A stretch of DNA of 64,000 nt. Origin: Trichosphaerium sp. ATCC 40318. Its lineage: Eukaryota; Protista; Tubulinea. Shown here one piece after another: positions 13,797 through 25,800 of this stretch. The position numbers and the translations under genes were made by a program. Below the pieces are notes generated by a model. The model saw only the letters and a list, made by a program, of their open reading frames with translations, searched no databases and had not been told where the DNA came from. Every line of letters begins with the position of its first letter. Position 1 is the first letter of the stretch. The stretch is taken from positions 233,875 to 297,874 of the forward strand of contig JALMLS010000453.1 in assembly GCA_038496445.1 (NCBI GenBank), in the 5' to 3' direction.

Positions 13797-15165
13797 TCGA
13801 AGGATTTGTGGTTCTTTTTCGTTGTAGTCTATTCTAGTCTCACGAGCAAGAAAAATACCTATGATGTGCGAAGCTTCTAATATCCTTACAGTCCCACGCT
13901 AAACCAAAACCCAGTGTTGGTCCAATACTGAGTATCAACTACGACCACCCTTTCCTATCTAACACTTCTACAAAAATTACCTACATGCCCAAACCAGATA
14001 TGCACTTTCCAGCAAGTCCGCTTCACAATTTGTGTAGGAATTGAAATTTCCTAATCTAGCGTCAATAAAGTATCGAAGAATACAGTCAACAAACTTACAG
14101 AATTTTATCCTAAATCGGATAGATAATCGTTGTTGCCTCTGGTAGTGTTAAAGGGCGGTCTTGGCTTGATTATCAATTACTGCAATAACAATCACAATTT
14201 ATGAATGTTATCCAGCCGTTATCACCTAGTGGTTGCAGCGATAAAAAAGAACGACTGAGTTTAGAAGTATTAAAAAAAGTTGAAGTATAGATATTTGCAA
14301 TACGCTTACTATAAACGCGGAGGAACCAATTGAAGAACTAGTGTTATCATGCTGAGAAAATTACATAGAAGCCAAGATAGTGGCACACTCGAAAAGCAGT
14401 TCAATACTGTAACAGATCAAAAAGCTAACATACAAAAAACCCTGAAGTAGAGTATGGAATCAACGGGGCTAGAGGCTTACTACCAATGCGCTTTTATTCT
14501 AGGATCGCCTATCCTTATCAATGGCACTACTAGAGCAACTGTCCTAATCATTGAGTATTGATCGCTGCTAACGTGACATTATTTCAACTTGTAAAACCAG
14601 AAAATCAGAAAAGCAATTTACCTCTATAATCTCTCCTTTTAACTGTAACAAAACTTGTTAACCTCTTTGATATCGAACATGTATCTACTCACATTGATAG
14701 TATTTTCAAATGAAACGCGATGAAAGTAAACCAGCTAACTTGAAGTTTTATTTTATCTTTTTTTCGAGTAGTTCGCGCGAACTTGGTTTCTCCAAGTTCA
14801 TCTTAAGAAATTGCGTTTAGATACTTATCTGATCCATTGATAACTTTAGTGTCTTTTTATCACTTTCACTAGATTTCTCGTCATTTTATTTTAACCAATA
14901 CACAAAAATGAGATCACAAAAGTTTCCTGCTTTCTTGCTAGAATTTGAACTGTATCGACTTGCCTACTTTTAGAAGCCAATTCAAGAGCTACGGTACTTC
15001 CGTTATATTGTGAGGTGAAACCACATTAAACTGGGTACACTAAAAAAGCTGGTGAATTTTTGTCTGTTTTCAGTATGCCTACACTCTAGAGAATACAATT
15101 TAACTAACAAATTCTATAGCCCTAGCATCGCAGTACTATGAACCAGCAACGTTTTACCTCAAAGT

Positions 15166-15250
15166 TTTTACGACAAACAAAACAGACTCACGTGCCAAAT
15201 TGAGATTTTACGACAAACAAAACAGAGACTCACATGCCAATTGAATTTTT
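15166..15250 (+). repeat. Two-copy ~41 bp tandem duplication upstream of copy 2
   Basis: TTTTACGACAAACAAAACAGACTCACGTGCCAAATTGA followed by TTTTACGACAAACAAAACAGAGACTCACATGCCAATTGA. Confidence 0.85.
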
Positions 15251-15715
15251 GCGCACGTGATTATTTCGGAAAACATTAGCTTCCATCATTGAACTACTTG
15301 TAGCTTTAAACGTATTTTCGGGTTATCTCAGTTCGTATTTATATCCGTAGTACTTCACATTCTTGTGAGTGGAAAAGGGAATATCAAACAATCTTGTATC
15401 AATAGGATATATATTGATTATAGGCAATAAGAGACGGTGTTGCAAATACAGCGGTTTAAACAAAGCTAAGTCACCCAACAAAGTAACACTTTTCTTTTCG
15501 TCTAAAATTACCTCTGGAGCCTTTTTAGGTGTTCTTCTAATCGCAGTTAGTTAAGGCAAATTCTATGCCTGCTCGCTGTTTTAACGAAACCGTCAAAACA
15601 TCGTTCATTGCTGATTGTATGTGTGCTGTTTGCGCTAGCTCGCTAGCTCTTGAAGCATCGTGAACTTTTTTTATTATTATAATAGCACAACACCAGCATC
15701 TCATCTCGTTCAAAA

Positions 15716-18700
15716 ATGTTGAGACTCTTGGCTTTTTGTCTTGTTGTGGTATTGGTTTCCTGTTACGAGCAGGCATACTGGGATAGAGTCAATGATTATG
15801 ACGTTGCCTTTAAAAGTACGTTTCGAGTTATATTTAGGCATTGTATTTGCTTTTTTATTCCAGAAAAACCATTTATTTTATTGCAAGATAAGTTTCACGT
15901 ACAAGCTGTTGTATTTAACATCATCCTCTAGTGGATCTATCTCCAGCACGCTTCTCGAAGCGCAGTGGTGGTATTGAAAGACGTTTCGTAATCCATAAAG
16001 CGAACAATGAAAAGAAAGTATTCCGAGTCAGATCTTATTCTGTGTTTGGTACTGGTGCCGAGGTAAGTTCTCGTGATAGCATCTTGCTCGAAAAAGCTTT
16101 TCCATTTTAGCTACAATTTCTCTTTAGTAAAAGCCAAACCGATTGTTAACACTGTATTGTAGATTGAAGTACAAGTCAATGGAACAATTACAAGTTATCC
16201 TCCTCCCACAAACGGATACAAGGGTATTGGAAGCAATCACCAAGATCTTCGTTTTATTGCTCATGAGGATGGTACCTTCTCAGGTGCTTTTGTCATTAAT
16301 GGCGATAGAGTTGTATTTGACCTTGCTTCTAAGTACGCCAATTTTTGCATTGTCACGTGCTTTTAACTTTCTATTTTTTGTTTTCTTAACAAACTGTTTT
16401 TGGTTTTTTTTAAACAAAATGGCTCCCCACGTGACTTTTCGCGCGCATGTAGTGTTAAATATCACGCTTTCGCCGTGGGATATACAAAATCAAATTGAGT
16501 TTTCTCGCTGGTCGAATTAGAAATTTACCGTTTTCTTAGCCACAAGTCTTTTATGAGCAAGAGACATGTAGAAAAGCTCGCTGAAGGGAAATACGTACTC
16601 ATCAGGTACTGACTATTTATGACACAACCAACCAGCTCTAACTTCTTTTTTTAGAGAAAGCATGATGGATCCAGACCCACAGGATTATTCATGCGGTAGT
16701 GGAGAACATAAACATAGTGCTGTACCAAAGAGGTAACATACCAACCATTACCTACTTTGCATTTTGTGTTTATTTGTTTCTTTATAGGATGGTAGAAGAC
16801 CAATCAATAGTGCCACGTTTGACATCTGTAGCACCTTCTCCTTGTCCTCAAACAAATAAACAATTGTTGCAAGTAAGTTACCCCTTTGGTTATATTTAGG
16901 ATTAGTTTTAAAATACGTTTTAGGCTGTTATTACAGATGCTGGGTTTGTTGCAAAGTTGGGTGGAAGACAACCGGCGATTGACTTCATTAATCAAAGTAC
17001 TTTATTTTCGTTGTTCTGCTGTACGTTGTTGATTTTTAACTTAGTATGGATGGACATGAACGTGTACTATGAGAGAGAATTTGTACGCTTTACAACTTTA
17101 TTCCTTTTTAAGAATAGTTGTATTCGACCTGGTCTTTTTCTTCTTTGTTTTTTTTATATCTACTAATGTGCAAATGTAGAATGTTCATCTCACAATTGAA
17201 TCCCTTCAAATCAACGAATCACCTGGCGGTCCAAACTGGAATACCCTTGGTGGTAACAGTTGTCCTAGTATCGAAACAAAACTAGATCAAGTCTCGACAT
17301 GGAAACAAGACAACAAACCTGATGCAGGTCTTCTTCATCTCATGACAAACTGTTATCCATCTCCCGGTACAGTAGGATATGCTTGGCGGGGTGTGCTTTG
17401 TAGAAGGGTACATAAAAACGAAACTTTAGCTCACTTTGCTTTTTTTTGTTGTGGTCGATTAATACTCTATTATTAGACTGGTGCAGCTGTTTCAAATCAT
17501 TTGAATAGTCGACATTCAGCTCATCGTATTGTGGGCCACGAAACTGGTCACAACTTTGGTTGCCCACATGACGACGGTAATGGAGGTAAGCCATACTCCA
17601 ACTAGCCAGCTTCAAGATAAACAGTTAATTTTTAGGTATTATGTTTCCAAGTGTAAACAACAGAGTGTACGTTCTCTTTTTGAAACTCACTTCTTGTATT
17701 TTTTGATTTACCTTTTGTTAACACTACTTTATTTAGTTCAACGGACTATGATCGGTTCTCCCAAGTTAGTATTGGTCAAGCTTGTGCTCATATCAGTTCA
17801 ATTAATTGCCTTCTCGATTATGACTCAGGATGTACTGTTTCTTGTGGAACAAAAGAATGTGGTCCAAGTAACTGTGTTGGAAGGTCATGTGGATTCTGTC
17901 AAGGGCTTAACGAATGTAAGAATGGGCAATGTGTTCCATGTGATCAACAATGCGGTACCAAAGAATGTGGTCCAGACGCTTGCGGTAACAGCGACGGTTG
18001 TGGTACTTGTGATTCAGGAAGTCAATGTAGAAATGATAAGTGTGAGGTTATACCTCCATTTCCTCAAGATGTTCTTCAAGTTGTAAATGATGAAAGGTAC
18101 TTAGACTTTTAAATTCTGTGTTGCGAAGCTGTTTTCTAGGTGTTCAATCTTTTTGTAGATCTTTGTATGGTCTTAATGCGGTTGAATGGGACACAGATTT
18201 ACTTTCTCAAGTTAATGAATACTTGGCTACTTGCAACGAAAACCTGAAACGTTCTTCAATTGGTGGCGATATAAACGAAAATGGTAATAGTGAGTTTAAC
18301 ATCGCTGGTGAACTTGCCAAGATAATAAAGCAAAAACCTTTGTGGACTTGCGAAACTGATGTAATTGATACATCTGATAGTAATGCAAATTACTACATAT
18401 GGAGATACAAGTACGTACAAAGCCTCAAACAACAATTTACTTTTATTATGAATCTAATTCTGAATCTAACATTTTATTTGCAAGGATCATTGTTTCTGAC
18501 AGGCAGACCAAAATGGCATGTAGCCAACGTCAATGTGGTGATAGACATCTAATGTATTGTGCATTTTCTCGATTCCAAGGTTACAACACAAGACCGTTCC
18601 CTGAAGATCAGTGTAGTAAGTAAAAAAAAAACTACAACAGTTTGATAGTATTTCACTAATAATGAATAGACTTTGAATGCACAAATACACGTAATCCAAA

Positions 18701-20927
18701 CGTCTGTACAGAACGAGGAAAGAATTGTGGTTCTGCTTTTGATGGATGTGAAAATATTCCTTGTGGATCTTGTAGTGGTCCAAACACGTGCTCTTCTGAA
18801 GGTAACCTTCTATTTTTTTGTGAGTTGTGGTCGCTTACTTTTGTACAGGTCGTTGTGAGTGTATTCCATCCAATACTTGTTCTGGAGCTTGTGGTATGCT
18901 TAATGACGGATGTGGAACTACTCTCGATTGCGGAAATTGCCAGGCAGGCCAAGAATGTGAAAATAATCTTTGTGTTACACCGTATGATCAACCAAAAGTG
19001 TAGTTCGATTAATACTAAAACTGTATTTAGACCACCTGATCCACTCACACCCGCAGAATGTGATGAACTTTGTACAACAAGAAATATTGAGTGTGGTGGC
19101 GTTACTGAATGTCCTGGACATGTTTGTGGTGATTGTGTAAGTGGTGAAATGTGTTCAAACTTCCAATGTGTCACATGTCAAGGATGTCATGCTCAAGCGA
19201 CATGTGATCTATCTGGCTCAACTCCACAATGTAAATGCGTAACTGGATACGAAGGAGATGGAAGAGACTGCAACCCAAAACCTATCAATGAGAAACCATC
19301 TTTTAAAACGTTTAAAATAGGATCAGATGCCAATTGGAGGTAACTAACATGGTTTGGGTTTTTTAAGCAATACTTGTTCACAAAATCACGTGTGTTCTTA
19401 TTTCCTTTCTCAAGAATATTTCAAGAAGGCGCTATCAAGAATTCTATTGATTTAGTAAACGCACCAAGTCCACATTGCATCCGATGGGAAGGGTACGTTT
19501 TAGCTTTTAGCTGTTTCAACTATTGTTCAATGTTCTAACTTTGGGATTAACTTTATTCGTAGTACTGAAGAAATCCTTCCTGGTGGTACCATGACTATTG
19601 GTGTATCTGTTCTAAGAAGCGATGAAACCACTTTTGCTGCTATTGGATATGGGTAGGTGTTGAGTAACAGAATAGGCTTTGTTTATTGATTTATCTCTCT
19701 AGTATGGGTAATACACAATTCCCAGACGCTATACTGATGTTGTATATCGAACCTGAGAGTAGTACCCAAATGAGAGTTGGTCAAACATACTACTGGGGAC
19801 AACGTGTATGAAAAAAAGTAGAAAGACGGGTTTTGAGACGTGTAACTGTTTCATAGGGCTCATTGGATTACCGAACTGTAGATTGGGCAGTGGGCGAGTG
19901 GAAAGATATTACAATGTCAGTGGAAGCTGATGGCGGAACACGAACCCGAACTACTATCGCTGGAACTAACTTCGTATGCTACAAAACAAACCCAAATTGT
20001 CATCTAATGTCTTCTTTGTAAAAAGGTCTATGATTACACATACAATGTCAACCCAGACGGCGGTGCTGTTGGTTTTTGTGGTCAAGGTTCTGCTTTCTTT
20101 AAGGATGTTTTACTCCTTACAGAGTCAAAACTTGAGTTTGTTATTTCCGGTTGTCCATCAGAAGAATTTGTGCGACAACGTCTCAAGACAATGCTTGGTA
20201 TCACAGATGATCAACTTTCAGATATGACCTTGGTTGGCTCTGGATGTACTTCAACGAAAAGACAAGCCGCTGCAGGTGCAACAACAGCTGTTTCAGTGAC
20301 TGTTGTTGGTACTAAGAGTGTATCTTCAATATCAATTGTTTCGAATCTACAGAACATCATCACATCTGGCTCAAACATTGCTTCTGCAAGTGGTATTGTT
20401 CCTTCATCAAGTAAGTGAACATATTTTATTTACAGTAAACGACAACTAACTTTTTGACTAGTTGCGGTGTCGTCTGTACCTGTTGCTGCTGCAACTCCAG
20501 CTGTAGCTGTTACTGCAGTTGGTGGTGCTGGTGCAGCCGCTGCTTCTGGTGGTCTTGGTGCTGGCGCTATTGCCGGTATCGCTGTAGGATCTGTTGTCGG
20601 TATTGCTGTTGTAGCTGCTGCGATTGGTGGAGTAGTTTACGCCTCAAAGAAACAAGATGTTCATGTACGTAGAAGGCAGAAGAGAGTTATACATTCCCTT
20701 TAATTTCGTTTCTTATTGGCTTGTGCTATGATTTGTTCTTACATATTCTTGTTTAGACTTCTGATACACCTCAATCGAATACTTCTCCAGGTGTAACAAT
20801 GTCAAATGATACCAAACAAGAAGATGCTGCTGCGAGAGATGGTGTTAACGTGATGGGAGGTCCAAAAAGACCAGATGGACCTTCTATTACTGCTAGAAAT
20901 CAAAACGTTGTTGTAAGTCCAAATTGA
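15716..20927 (+). CDS. Membrane-anchored M12B metalloprotease-CAP-Cys-rich-EGF protein, copy 2
   Basis: Same exon structure as copy 1. HETGHNFGCPHD, Met-turn GIMFP. Spliced frame open from MLRLLAFCLVVVLVS to VVVSPN*. Confidence 0.9.
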
Positions 20928-21354
20928 GGATAGACAGACAAACTAGAACAGATCCAGATTAGCTGACTGTACTTTCATACCAATCACAATAAATCAGTAT
21001 TGCATTATTCTTAACAACTTTTCAGTTTCTTGTTGTAAACGCAACACGAGTACTTAACCAAGTGCTACAGAATAATTAGTTATATATCGCTCTAGCGTTG
21101 CACCTCGGAACTCAGGTTTCGAATCTAAGATCTTGCCTGAATAGCCTCATGTTACACTCACATAACTACTCAAATCATCTCTGATTTATACAGTGTTGGT
21201 TTTATAACAGAAATGTATTTTGAGCGGATCTCAGCAGGAACTTGACGTCTAAATCTTGTGAATCTAATTTGAAATATTTCGTAGAATCCATAGTGTGATA
21301 ATGAAAAGTATGTATAGAAGATAAGCATGTATTCTATTTTTATAATGTGATACT

Positions 21355-21780
21355 TCTTTATTGTGAATGCTATGGAGGTACATGATAATCTGTAGTCTTC
21401 AATTTGGACTTACAACACAATTTTGAGTTCTAGTAGCAGTTGAAGGTACATCTGGTTTTTTGGGATATTGATCATGGTGTTGTAAGTCCAAATTGAGGAC
21501 ATTTCACATTCACGTAGTAGCATGTTTTCTTTGGTATCACTTGACACTGTTGTACTTGTGGATAATCGATTGAATCGTCTAAGAAGGCTAAACAAGCAAC
21601 GTATGTAAGAACAGAATAGACATATCATAATCTCCTCTTCTTTTTTACGTACATAAATATCCTATTTCTGCATCCTATACCAATCACAGCAACAATCTCG
21701 AAAGCCGATGTAGCAATACTGGCAATAGCGCTGGCACCAGAACACCAGAGGCAGCGACTATACCGGCAACAGCAGTGATA
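21355..21780 (-). pseudogene. Degenerate inverted relic of the protease gene's 3' end (TM exon, last intron, last exon, 3' UTR)
   Basis: Reverse-complement similarity to ~20510-20995, e.g. GGCAATAGCGCTGGCACCAGAACACCAGAGGCAGCG and TATGTAAGAACA; many substitutions and indels. Confidence 0.85.
21395..21500. ncRNA. Candidate miRNA-like hairpin A
   Basis: Arms 21395-21418 GTCTTCAATTTGGACTTACAACAC and 21477-21500 GTGTTGTAAGTCCAAATTGAGGAC form a 24 bp stem (one G:U) with a 58 nt loop. Expression is not shown. Confidence 0.5.
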
Positions 21781-22881
21781 TAAACATTTTAAAGATTCAC
21801 TCACGTGGACCACAGGCTCACGTAAATGATAATTTGTTTCAAATGAAACATGGCGAAGTTCTGAATTTGGTTACAAACGTAGAATTTTAAGTTTTATGTT
21901 AAAACTCGGCCCGAGTATTTAGAGGAACTCAGTGTCAAAAATGTATCCTGATAAAATTGTCTTGACAGCAATATCTGAACCATTGATAGCTTTTCATGCC
22001 TTTGTATTACTTTCACTAGATTTCTCGTCATTTTTTTTGCAGCACTACAAAAAATGGGATTCAAAAGTTTCCGCGTTATAGAATTTGAGGCGTATTGAAC
22101 TGCCTACTATTCAATGTTCTAGAAGCTGTAACGGAACAGTTGTAACATTGATATATGTAAGAGCTATGGTACTTCCGCTATATTGTGAGCTGAAACCACA
22201 TTAAACTGGGTACACTAAAAAAGCGGAAAGGATTTATTGTAGCCTACATTCCAGATTACCAATAAAGTAAAATCTTTTACAGTGGATTTTTGTCTCGCAT
22301 TCATAGCCTGCACTTTGGAGAAATAACAACTTACACCCTTCATGGTAAGCACTATTTTTGCTATTGGTTTACAAACAAAACAGACTCGCCTGTAAACGGT
22401 GTAGGTTCACATACCGCAAACTGTGGCACTTTAATTCATGCTAAATTGAGTTTTGTGCTTTTGCACGTGATTTGTTTAGCATTGAAATATTTGTAGCGTT
22501 AAACATATTCTACGGTTATCTCAGTTCATAGTGATAGCCGAATGAAGTATACGTCACATTATTGTGAGTGGAAAAGGGAATATCAAGATTGTTTGTATCA
22601 ACATGATATATATTGATTATAGTGGCAATAAGAGACGGTGTTGCAAATACAGCGATTTAAACAAAGCTAAGTCACCCAACAAACGTGCATACACAAACTT
22701 TTCTCTGGCTTCTAATCATAGTTAGTTGAGGCAAACTCAATGCCTGCTCGCGGTTTTAACAAAGCCGTCAAAACATCTTACATTGCTTTTTGTGTATGTG
22801 TACGGTTTGCGCTAGCTCGCTAGCACTTGAAATCTCGTGAACTTTTTAACATAGCACATAACTAGCATCCTATCTTCAACA

Positions 22882-25800
22882 ATGCTGCGCCTCTTGTCTT
22901 TGGCTTTATGTCTTATTGTGGTAATGGTTTCGTGTTACGAACAGGCATATTGGGATAGAGTCAATGATTATGAGGTTGCCATTAAAAGTATGTTTCGAGT
23001 TTTGTTTCAACCACATACTTGCTTTTTTCTTTACCATGTCCAAAAAACCAAAACGAACTGTTATTGCAAGATACGTACAAGCCGGTGTATTGATTTTAAT
23101 CTTCTATTGTAGTGCATCTATCTCCAGCACGCTTCTCAAAGCGTAGTGGTGGCATTGAAAGACGTTTCGTGATCCATAAAGCGAACAATGAAAAGAAAGT
23201 ATTCCGAGTAAGATCGTATTCTGTGTTTGGTCCTGATGCAGAGGTAAGTTCTCGTGATAGCATCTTGCTCGAAAAAGCTTTTCCATTTTAGCTACAATTT
23301 CTCTTTAGTAAAAGCCAAACCGATTGTTAACACTGTATTGTAGATTGAAGTACAAGTCAATGGAACAATTACGAGTTATCCTCCTCCCACAAACGGATAC
23401 AAGGGTATTGGAAGCAATCACCAAGATCTTCGTTTTATCGCTCATGAGGATGGTACCTTCTCAGGTGCTTTTGTCATTAATGGCGATAGAGTTGTATTTG
23501 ACCTTGCTTCGAAGTACGTACAATTTTTGTGCTGTCATGTACTTTTTTTTCAAAATATTGTTTATTGTTCTGTAACGAAGCATCGGATGAAGCATACTTA
23601 CCTCGTTTTTAGCCACAAATCATTTATGAGCAAGAGACATGTAGAAAAGCTTGCTGAAGGGAAATATGTACTCATCAGGTACTGACTATTTTTGACACAA
23701 AACCAACCAGCTCTAACATCTTTTTTTAGAGAAAGCATGATGGATCCAGACCCACAGGATTATTCATGCGGCAGTGGAGAACATAAACATAGCGCTGTAC
23801 CTAAGAGGTAATATAAACCAAGCTGGCATACTTGCATGTTTATTCTCCCTAGGATGGTTGAAGACCAATCAATAGTGCCACGTTTGACATCTGTAGCACC
23901 TTCTCCTTGTCCTCAAACAAATAAGCAATTGTTGCAAGTAAGCTACCCTTGGTTTATTTAAGATTAGTTTTAAAATACGTTTTAGGCTGTTATTACAGAT
24001 GCTGGATTTGTTGCAAAGTTGGGTGGAAGACAACCAGCGATTGACCAAATTAATCAAAGTAACTTTTTTCTTTGTCCATGTTATTGATTTTTAACTTAGT
24101 ATGGATGGACATGAACGTGTACTATGAGAGAGATTTGGTGCGGTTTCTTCAGAATTTCTTGTATGCCTACTGATGCAAAATGTAGAATGTTCATCTCACA
24201 ATTGATTCCCTCCAAATCAATGAATCACCTGGCGGTCCAAACTGGAATACACTTGATAGCAATTGTCCTAATATAAGCATAAAACTGGATCAAGTCTCGG
24301 CATGGAAACAAGACAACAAACCTGATGCAGGTCTTATTCATCTCATGACAAACTGTTATGAGTTAAAGAATGTTGAAAGCGGTATAGTTGGACGGGCTTG
24401 GAACAGTGCACTATGCAGAAGGGTACGCATACAAAAATTCGTATAATTTCAGTTGTTGTTTTAAACATCAATAACATTGTGCTAGATGTATGGTGCAGGT
24501 GTTTCAAATCACTTGACTAGTCGACACACAGCTCATCGTATTGTTGGTCATGAGATTGGTCACAACTTTGGTTGCAATCATGATGAAGCTAATGGAGGTA
24601 CGACAACTTAAAAACAATCCACAACCAAACAATTCTTTCCAGGTATCTTGTTTCCAGATGTAAACCAAAGACCGTACGTTTCACTTTTACTGCCGATTTT
24701 TGAGGTAACATTCTGTAGTTCAACGGAATACGATCGGTTTTCCCAATTTAGTATTGGTCAAGCTTGTAGCCTTATCAGTTCAATTAGTTGCCTTGTCGAT
24801 TATGACTCAGGATGTACTGTTTCTTGTGGAACAAAAGAATGTGGACCAAGTAACTGTGTTGGAAGGCTATGCGGTCTGTCAAGGTCTTAACGAATGCAAG
24901 AATGGACAATGTGTTCCATGTGATCAACAATGCGGTACCAAAGAATGTGGTCCAGACGCTTGCGGTAACAGCGACGGTTGTGGTACTTGTGATTCAGGAA
25001 GTCAATGTAGAAATGATAAGTGTGAGGTTATACCTCCATTTCCTCAAGATGTTCTTCAAGTTGTAAATGATGAAAGGTACTTAGACTTTTAAATTCTGTG
25101 TTGCGAAGCTGTTTTCTAGGTGTTCAATCTTTTTGTAGATCTTTGTATGGTCTTAATGCTGTTGAATGGGACACAGATTTACTTTCCCAAGTTAATGAAT
25201 ATTTGGCGACTTGCACCGAAAACCGAAAACGTCCTTCAATTGGTGGCGATATAAACAAAAATGGTAATAGTGAGTTTAACATTGCTGGTGAACTTGCCAC
25301 GATGATAGAGAAAAAACATTTATGGACTTGCGAAACTGATGTAATTGATACATCTGATAGTAATGCAATTTACTACATATGGCGATACAAGTACGTACAA
25401 AGCCTCAAAGCCATCTTCTTTTTTTTCATTTTGAATCTAACATTTTTATTTGCAAGGATCATTGTTTCTGACAGCCAGACCAAAATGGCATGTAGCCAAC
25501 GCCAATGTGGTGACAGACACCTCATGTATTGTGCATTCACTCGATTCCAAAATTACGACGAAAGACCATTTCCTAAAGATCAGTGTAGTAAGTAACAAAA
25601 AAACTACAACAGCTTGTAGTATTTCATTCTAATAATGAATAGACTTTGAATGCACAAATACACGTAATCCAAACGTTTGTACAGAACGAGGACAGAATTG
25701 TGGTTCTGCTTTTGATGGATGTGAAGATGTTTCTTGCGGATCTTGTAGTGGTCCAAACACGTGCTCTTCTGAAGGTAGACAACATTCTTTTATAGTTTTG

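Noticed and set aside
13850-14700. Possible additional minus-strand multi-exon gene
   Set aside because: Splice-like signals are present, but I could not assemble a stop-free, recognisable protein.
23594-23603. ATACTTACCT resembling the U1 snRNA 5' end (also ~30647)
   Set aside because: Only 10 nt, immediately before a 3' splice site, with no U1 stem-loops or Sm site following.
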